Assembly: GCF_964204645.1 (NCBI RefSeq)
Contig: NC_134027.1
Location: 7,286,485-7,350,484 of the forward strand
Source: Tubulanus polymorphus
Lineage: Eukaryota > Animalia > Nemertea
Direction: 5' to 3'
Length of the DNA stretch: 64,000 nt
Made by a program: the position numbers and the translations under genes. Positions within the stretch are counted from its first letter, which is position 1; the number at the start of each line of letters is the position of its first letter. Below, one piece after another: positions 50,429-64,000 of this stretch. The notes beneath the pieces were generated by a model, which saw only the letters and a program-made list of their open reading frames with translations, was not told the origin of the DNA and made no database searches.

Positions 50429-51037
50429 ATGAATAAGGAATTATTTATATTTGAGCCTTATAATATGTTAATTTCTGGTGTAACAAATTGTGGAAAAACT
50501 TATTTTATATTAAATTTATTAGAAACTGTTTATAAAAACTTTTTTGATAATATAGTATTATTTTGTCCAACATATGAATTTAATCAAACTTATGATAGAA
50601 ATATTACTAGAAATAATGAATTTATTATATTAGATCCTAAAACAGTAAAAGAAAATTTAGATAATTGTATTAAAATAGCAATAGATATTTATAAAGGATC
50701 AAATACATTATTCATTATAGATGATTGTGCAAATTTACATGATTCAAAAATTAGAGAGAGTGAGTTATGTTATTTAGCTTTTTCTGGCAGACATTTTGGG
50801 ATAACAACTTGGATTTTAAATCAAAAATATAATTCAATTGTTAAAGACTTTAGAGAAAACATTAGATTTCTAGTTTTATTCTACAATAAAGATAGAAAAT
50901 TGATGAAAAATGCACTTGAGGAAAATGATATAATTCCACATGATTTACATAATGAATATATGGATAAGTTGAAAAATATTAAAAGATCAAAATTACTATT
51001 TAGATTACAACACCCATTTAAATATGAATTTATTTAA
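50429..51037 (+). CDS. A32/FtsK-like genome packaging ATPase
   Basis: Walker A SGVTNCGKT, Walker B LFIIDD, GRH motif, ILNQKY. Confidence 0.9.
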   Translation: MNKELFIFEPYNMLISGVTNCGKTYFILNLLETVYKNFFDNIVLFCPTYEFNQTYDRNITRNNEFIILDPKTVKENLDNCIKIAIDIYKGSNTLFIIDDCANLHDSKIRESELCYLAFSGRHFGITTWILNQKYNSIVKDFRENIRFLVLFYNKDRKLMKNALEENDIIPHDLHNEYMDKLKNIKRSKLLFRLQHPFKYEFI

Positions 51038-51039
51038 AT

Positions 51040-51320
51040 TCAACAAGCTTGTTAATCTATTACATATTTAGTTAAATTCTAGTTGAATTCTAGTTAGTAG
51101 TAGTTGGAACAAAAATCAACTAGATTTAACAATATTTTAACTAGCTTGTTAATCTAGTATATTTTTAGTTACATTCTAGTTGAATTCTAGTTATTAGTAG
51201 TTGGAACAAAAATCAACTAGATTTAACAAGAAATAAATAAAAACAACAATATTTCAACTAGCTTGTTAATCTAGTTGAATTCTAGTTGCATTCTAGTTGA
51301 ATTCTAGTTGCAACAACACA
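51040..51320. repeat. Intergenic CTAGTT/AACTAG-rich direct and inverted repeat region within the Polinton
   Basis: CTAGTTGAATTCTAGTT occurs four times; ~100-bp duplication (GTAGTTGGAACAAAAATCAACTAGATTTAACAA twice); AACTAGATT vs AATCTAGTT inverted. Confidence 0.85.
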
Positions 51321-51341
51321 ACTGATTTATTTGTTATATAA

Positions 51342-51947
51342 ATGGGAGGTGAAAAGAAAATAAAATCTAAAAATGGTGATGTTCCAATTGAAAAAACTTT
51401 AGATGATTTAGGAATAACAGAAAACAAATTAATTCCAGATGATGGTGTTTTAAATAATGTTACAACAAATACTAATTATGAATATTATCTTTATTGTAAA
51501 CATCAATTAGAAATATTAATAGCATCTGGAAAATGTAAAAATTTTGTCGGTAAAAATTTAACTTATAATGAATTAGATACAATGAAATCAGATGAAATTA
51601 TTAGATTATTTAAGATTTATGAAACTGCGAGAACAGCTAGAATAAATGACGCGATATCAGAAAATGTAGTAAAAGGTTATAGTAAATTATGTAATTATAT
51701 GCTGCCAATTCAAGATGAAAATAGATTATATGCTGATTTAAAAAATGATTATTTAGTTATGACCGAATTAAATAAATGGATTGGATATTTATCATTTCAA
51801 TTAGGTGGATTTATGACATTATTATCAACTGGGGTTATAACATTTTCAAATATTGAAAGTAAAAATATTTCTATAATAAATGAACAAGGTGGAAGAAGTG
51901 AAGGAATTAACTGTAAAGAAAAAACCGAGATCACAGAAACAAATTGA
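51342..51947 (+). CDS. Polinton hypothetical protein
   Basis: 201-aa ORF, TAAATG start, hydrophobic segment near the C-terminus. Confidence 0.65.
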   Translation: MGGEKKIKSKNGDVPIEKTLDDLGITENKLIPDDGVLNNVTTNTNYEYYLYCKHQLEILIASGKCKNFVGKNLTYNELDTMKSDEIIRLFKIYETARTARINDAISENVVKGYSKLCNYMLPIQDENRLYADLKNDYLVMTELNKWIGYLSFQLGGFMTLLSTGVITFSNIESKNISIINEQGGRSEGINCKEKTEITETN

Positions 51948-52247
51948 ATGGTCTCGGCAATTAGGAATTAAATCACAAGAATATAAAAAAGCTGTAAAAG
52001 AAAAATAAGTAATAAAAATGTTAATAAAAATGGTGAAAATATTGTTATTTCTACTCCTTCTAATGATAGAATATTTGATAAATGTCTATATTTTACAGTT
52101 GGATTTGTAATTGTATTCATTTTGATTGGGTGTAATTGGTATAAGAAATCAAATAAAATTCATGATATTAATAATTCTGAAACAACTGCTATCAAAAATG
52201 AAAATAATTCTGAAATTCCAAAATTGACAATAAAAAAAATGGATTAA
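51880..52247 (+). pseudogene. Polinton small basic protein with TM segment, disrupted
   Basis: TAAATG start MNKVEEVKELTVKKKPRSQKQIEW, then a stop/frameshift, then LYFTVGFVIVFILIG. Confidence 0.5.
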
Positions 52248-52435
52248 TATTTTAGAAAAAAAGCAAAAAAAATAATTTTTTTAATTAATTGAATATTAAT
52301 TGAATATCACCATGTGGGTGCCATACGGCACCATCTCACTACTTTTGTCTATCTATGCGGAGCAATTAAATTGTCCAGATAAGTCATTTCGGATTCTAGA
52401 TATTCATTATTTTTATTAATTTATTTTTTTAAAAT

Positions 52436-52762
52436 TTAATCAACAATTTCTAAATCATGATGGCCATCTTCATTTTTTCCATGATAGATTATTTTAAATC
52501 CTTCTAAATCTTTTAATTCCTCTGTACTCAATGAAACCCATTTATCAGGTAAAAATACTTTAAATTCTCGCGATGTACTAACATTACAGTAGCTTAAATT
52601 AGCTGATACTTTCTCTCCATATCTAGTATTTATCTTTTCTAATTTCAATATTTTATGTTCAATTTCTTTTGTAACTTCAACTCACTTTTTTATTTCAAAT
52701 TGTTTTTTTGCTGGTTTTATTCTGTTATTTATTGTTGCTAAGAATGCTTTTCTATCTCCCAT
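52436..52762 (-). pseudogene. Polinton small protein starting at the right TIR, one in-frame TGA
   Basis: TAAATG start at 52762, MGDRKAFLATINNRIKPAKKQFEIKK*VEV... in frame with ORF 52648-52436. Confidence 0.55.
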
Positions 52763-54359
52763 TTATAAGGAAAACAAATTACTTGTGGTGATGAGTGGTG
52801 TCTAGTACTCTAGTACTCTGGTATGAAAACGCCATCTTCTAATTACTATTAGGAACTTTCATGATGATTCCTCCATTAAGATATTATTGTTGTATTATTA
52901 TTTGTTGTATTATTGCGAATAAAAGGATGTACATTTTCATCTCTCATGTTGAAACTTTTCAGTTGTTAAGTTTTATAGCAACAATTGCACTGTGGTGCTT
53001 TTCAGTGGTTCATAAAATACTGATTTAATTAAGGGCCTGTCTAAAATAGCAGCAGTTTCTTGATAACTTTAGGATACAGTGCTTTTGGTCAATTGTCCTA
53101 GCTTTGTTTTGATTATCGGTTTAACCGCGTCTGTGTGGGGCCTGTAATATCTGGACTCAAGGAATTTCTGATCTTTAGAGTTGTTATATCTACCTATCAA
53201 GTTGAATAATATAATAAGAAGTAACTGTAGCTTTGTCAGTCAAACCATATTTGTTTGAAGTTACGGTACTTGATTTATCTTGAATTGCCACGAAGAAAGA
53301 CCTATATTATAGTTTGCAGGGTTTGATCTAAGGAATAAATTCCACTTGACCTTGGGGCAAGCATATATGTAATATCTATTGAAGTGAAGTGTTAATTAGT
53401 AGATTGTGCTAGCTATATTCAAATTGACAGGTGAAAAACTCTATCTTGTTGATTGCATATAAGAGGATACCTCCAAAATACTTTGTATAAATGTAACATG
53501 TGAGAAAATAACCAATTTGATCATGTCTGAGCAAAGGTGGCAAGACTCTAGTTATCTTGTTAAATAAAGTTTATGAAAATTAAATCAAATGTTTAGTTAA
53601 TCATAAGCTTTCCAGTTTAAATTTGTATTTTTATCTCTGATTTTCAATTTTTTATGTTGGAGACTTTTTTTAAAATACAGGTCATCTTTTTGTAAATGAG
53701 GCACTTCCTCAAGTACATAAATACGTCATTTAGGTATAATTGTTGTTGTGGGATAAAACGACATGTTCATGTCAATTGAACCATTACATGAGTGAAACTC
53801 TCGTTTACGCCTATGGTGGTTGGACAAAAGTTGCTTTTTAAAGTCCACGTGTTTGATGAGCTTACATTATAATTCCTCGAGCACTCCTGGCATTTTCTAT
53901 AATTGTTGTACGAGAATAAATATGATTGATTTTAAAATTTGTCATTCGTTTAGTTAAGTTTGATATAGCAAATCCTGGATTGAGACCTAAATCGCTTAAG
54001 ATAAACTGAATTAATGAAGAAATGAAATCGATTTAAGAGTTAAACCTTTTATGAAACTCATGTGTTCTACTTCTTTTTTTCAACCGAAAAAAATAATCCC
54101 ACCACCAACTGGTCTGCCGACAAGCTTTAGATGCGATTATATCGACAGCACAAAACCATACGTTCCGACACTGCACATTACGCTGGGCCCGTTGACAGTT
54201 GTTAACGTTGTAACTCGATAGTTGTAACTCGCAACTGGCAACTACTAAAGCAACTGGCAGTGTCGTCTCAGGGCTTCCATACTATTAACCGATGTAACCA
54301 CCCTCGCTTGCCAGGGGTCCAGTATCACTCCCGAACTCGCTTCCACCAGTTTGGGGAAC

Positions 54360-54442
54360 AGCTTTAGCGTAGTGGGTTCGAATCCCTTGACGGGTGAAGA
54401 TGGATGTAACCGTTATTGAAGTTATTTTGAATTTGAATTTGA
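54360..54442 (+). repeat. Possible tRNA-derived SINE remnant
   Basis: A-box-like TAGCGTAGTGG almost directly followed by B-box GTTCGAATCC, plus a (TTTGAA)n tail; no cloverleaf. Confidence 0.3.
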
Positions 54443-54523
54443 GTGTCCAATAATCGGTTACATTGACGTCCAAGGTTAGTGTGGATTCCACAATCAATTC
54501 AATACTTTTTTATATTGTTGGCG

Positions 54524-56297
54524 ATGACCGAGAAAACTGTATTTGTTACTGTTGGAACGACCAGTTTTGATAGGCTTGTCAAGACAGTGTGTAGTTCAGA
54601 TATATGTCAGGTAAATAGAATAAGAATTGAGTTGATGAATAACCAGAATCGTGCTCGTGGTGGGGCCGGAGACAATGTGTCACAGCACTTCTTCTCACTC
54701 AATCTCATAGTCATAGGTTCACTTCAAAAACAAAATGGCGGCTTTTTCAACCGCGCTTACGGTTCAGTGGTCCTAGAGATTTGGTCTAGAGGGTCCAGAG
54801 AAGATTAAGCTATGCATTATGATATAAGGTCGGGGAAGTAACTAAGTTTACAGTGTGCGCAGCTGGCATTGATGGCTCCTATAGGACTAGGTGGTTTTTC
54901 GGTAAAAGTGCAGATCCGCACCTCTCGTAAATGGTTCAATCAATTTGAATTACATTAAATATCACTCATTTAGACTCAAAATGTCATCAGCAGTTCAGTA
55001 CACTGGTTTATTTTATGGTATCTTTACTAGAAAGTAGATTTCTAGCCTGGATTTTGTCTCGAGATCGTCATGATTTTTGAACCAGATGCCATATTGGATG
55101 GGTCAATCTAAAGTGAAGATTTGTTAAGAATATTTGCTGAAACGATGGTTCATAACCCACTCAATTTGAGGAAGAAAAGTATAAATTTCTTGTTAATCTC
55201 AACAATGATATCTGACAATTTGGTTAGCATTAAGTACCCCAGTGACAGTTGACAGAAATTTGATTAGTTTTATGCACTGATTACCCTCACATCGTTTCAG
55301 TAATTATTTAAGACAAATCTTCACTTTAGATTTCCCTATCCAATATGGCGTCCTATTTAAAGATCGTCACGATTCTGAGATAAAACCGGGCCAAAAATCT
55401 GCTTTCTAGTAGAGATATCATAAAATAAATCACTGCATTGGATTCTGTGAGACATTCTGAAGTTAGAACAGTGATTTATAATTCAGTAGATTGCGTCAGT
55501 CACAAGAGGTGCAGATCTGTACTTTTACCGGTTATTCATATTTTGCAATACATACTAAATCATTATATTGCTATATGAATACATTACATCCACATAGCAT
55601 CAAAAGTTTAGAAACTAACCCTGTATAAATAAAGGAGAAAAATGGAGTGAAGAAAATGAAATACTGGCAGCTTAAGAAATCTTTTTTCAGATATTGAAGT
55701 CTCTTGGTTACACTAAAGAAGTTCTTCAAATTGGCAGGGGCACTTATGAGCCAAAATCGTCCATTGAGGAGGATTTCAGCTTGCAGTTCTTCAGATATAA
55801 AGATTCGATCAAAGCTGATATTGAGAACGCAAGTTTGGTTATAAGCCATGCTGGTATGTTAGATGCATCTTCGGTGTACCCTTTACTATCACTCTGAACC
55901 CAAACCTAAATATAACATCATAATGTATAATATTACACAGGTGCTGGAAGTGTTCTAGAGACATTAGAGGCTGGTAAACATATGATCGTCGTCATCAATG
56001 AGGAATTAATGAACAACCATCAATTAGAATTAGCAAATCAGATGTACAAAGATGGCCACTTATACTACTGCACCTGTAGGTTAGTTAAGATTGAAGTTTA
56101 AAACTCCTTTAAAATCACACGGCATACACAGAAATGTCATTTTCAATGAATTTGTTTGATTATGATTGATAACTCTTTGCAGTGAACTGGGTGATCTGAT
56201 GAAATCTATGGATTTAAGTCAGCTAAAGCCATTGAAACCTGGTAAACCAGAATTGTTCGGCAAATTTTTGAATAACTTGATGGGAGTAGATTCATAA
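54524..56297 (+). CDS. ALG13: UDP-N-acetylglucosamine transferase subunit ALG13 (short, GT28 C-domain only); exons 54524-54610, 55691-55853, 55941-56079, 56183-56297
   Basis: [50 protein letters not shown]; phase-consistent GT-AG introns. Confidence 0.93.
54900..55530. mobile_element. ~630-bp fold-back MITE in ALG13 intron 1
   Basis: CGGTAAAAGTGCAGATCCGCACCTCT / AGAGGTGCAGATCTGTACTTTTACCG, with inner arms (AATCTAAAGTGAAGATTTGT / ACAAATCTTCACTTTAGATT) giving ~230-bp imperfect TIRs. Confidence 0.8.
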
Positions 56298-56420
56298 TTG
56301 TCTTTAGGTAAATAATAATAATTTGGTTTTTCTTGTGAATTATTTTCTAACGGATGATTGAAACAGATTGAATTGTGATATTATTTTTTATCATTTAAGG
56401 AAATCATTTTGTGTATAAAA

Positions 56421-57065
56421 ATGGCTGATGATCGTGTTTGTTTGAGTTATGAGGACAGTTTGCTGCGTGAATCTGATGTGAAATTGTTGGATCCGCCCAA
56501 CTGGTTGAACGATGCCATTATCGGATTCTGTTTTGAATATTTTTCGAATGAGGAATTTGTCAATCATCCGTTCTCTTTTGTGTCACCCGAAGTGACTCAG
56601 TTTATGAAATTTGCTGATGTGACCGAACTAGGATTGTTTTTAGAACCGTTGGATTTGCCAAATAAAGAAGCCATTTTCCTAGCGGTGAATGACAATGCAG
56701 ATGTGAATCACACAGGTGGTTCGCATTGGAGTTTATTGTTGTATCATCGCCGTAGTAACCAATTTGAACATTACGACTCGTCAAATGGCAGTAACTCAAC
56801 AATTGCGGCAACACTTGTTCATAAAATTTGGACTTATTTAGCGACAGAATGTAAACCCAAATATAAAGAAATTTCCGATGCACCTCAACAAGTAAATAGT
56901 CACGATTGTGGTGTTTATTGTATTTGTTTTGTTCAGTACTTAGCGCAACAATTGTCGCCTGCTGCAGACAATGATAAGACCATGAAGGATGCTATGAGCC
57001 CTGCAGCAGTTTCCGCAAAGCGAAACGAATGGAAACATTTGATATGGACACTTGCCAACAATTGA
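56421..57065 (+). CDS. SENP8: NEDD8-specific protease 1 (sentrin-specific protease 8), intronless CDS
   Basis: LSYEDSLLRESDVKLLDPPNWLNDAIIGFCFEYF; catalytic GGSHWSLL, HYDS, QQVNSHDCGVY. Confidence 0.93.
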   Translation: MADDRVCLSYEDSLLRESDVKLLDPPNWLNDAIIGFCFEYFSNEEFVNHPFSFVSPEVTQFMKFADVTELGLFLEPLDLPNKEAIFLAVNDNADVNHTGGSHWSLLLYHRRSNQFEHYDSSNGSNSTIAATLVHKIWTYLATECKPKYKEISDAPQQVNSHDCGVYCICFVQYLAQQLSPAADNDKTMKDAMSPAAVSAKRNEWKHLIWTLANN

Positions 57066-57324
57066 TCTTCCTCATTGTGTAGTAGTGTATTGTATTGGCT
57101 TTGGTTAAAAAATAAACGAATATATCAATAGAAGAATAAGTGTATTCTGTCTAATTACATTGTATTGGGGAATATTCTTCACAATGTTTATATCCACCCA
57201 TAATAAGGTAAAGCACTGAGGATCAGTACAACAACAGATTCATCATTTACTACCACGATATAACCCAAAAAAGGGTTACCCAATTTTTATAATGGCCCAA
57301 TTGGGATCATGTGACTGCGTCAAA

Positions 57325-63929
<6,605 letters not shown>

Positions 63930-64000
63930 GTGAAGATATAAGAATATCTCATTTGCATATAGAATTTAGAAGATTGAAGATAATGACTGAAAATACTTTT

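Larger units (their letters stand above)
36410..52847. mobile_element. Polinton/Maverick (adintovirus-like) endogenous virus, 16,438 bp, structurally complete but decaying
   Basis: 5'-AGT...ACT-3' termini; TIR AGTAATTAGAAGATGGCGTTTTCATACCAGAGTACTAGAGTACTAGACACCACTCATCACCACAAGTAATTT (~72 bp perfect, ~90 bp with mismatches); 6-bp TSD ATAAGG (36404-36409) / ATTAGG (52848-52853); encodes pPolB, integrase, ATPase and capsid proteins; very AT-rich. Confidence 0.95.
30549..54120 (+). repeat. Copy B of the duplicated core (interrupted by the Polinton)
   Basis: Collinear with 10816-25730, as listed for copy A. Confidence 0.8.
9317..54281. mobile_element. ~45-kb TIR-bounded composite element (no transposase detected) containing a tandemly duplicated core and nested insertions
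   Basis: TATGGAAGCCCTGAGACGA at 9317-9335 is the exact reverse complement of 54263-54281, and the IR extends imperfectly through GTTGCCAGTTGC units. CTATTA flanks both ends (9311-9316, 54282-54287). Confidence 0.7.

Noticed and set aside
36410-52847. AT-rich viral segment as contamination or misassembly
   Set aside because: It has TIRs with a near-perfect 6-bp TSD, its flanks are collinear with the paralogous empty region near 24080-24120, and it carries inactivating mutations typical of an endogenous copy.
54360-54400. tRNA gene
   Set aside because: The A and B boxes abut with no anticodon arm; at most a SINE remnant.
56421-57065. Clan CE cysteine protease near the Polinton as its missing adenain
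   Set aside because: It lies 3.5 kb outside the TIR, has host-like composition and is a clear SENP8 orthologue.

Overview
Eukaryotic (invertebrate metazoan, probably a marine lophotrochozoan; the species cannot be determined from sequence) genomic window with short-intron host genes at both ends. Left: PNPLA8/iPLA2-gamma first coding exon (-), a BTB-Kelch gene (-) and a carbohydrate sulfotransferase (+). Right: ALG13, SENP8 and the 5' part of WASHC4 (+). The middle ~45 kb (9317-54281) is bounded by terminal inverted repeats and a 6-bp direct repeat. It is a diverged tandem dimer of a non-coding core (G:U-rich long hairpin, splice-site-bounded repeat arrays) carrying nested insertions: MITEs, a decayed DIRS retrotransposon, a palindromic DIRS derivative and a complete 16.4-kb Polinton/Maverick (adintovirus-like) endogenous virus (36410-52847). 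Most notable: the Polinton protein-primed PolB contains a 354-codon LAGLIDADG intein in the catalytic YxD|TDS motif that resembles giant-virus (Mimivirus-type) PolB inteins, and nearly all Polinton genes start in a poxvirus-late-promoter-like TAAATG context. Together these suggest a virophage-like link to a large cytoplasmic DNA virus. Family and gene calls are from recalled motifs; no searches were run.
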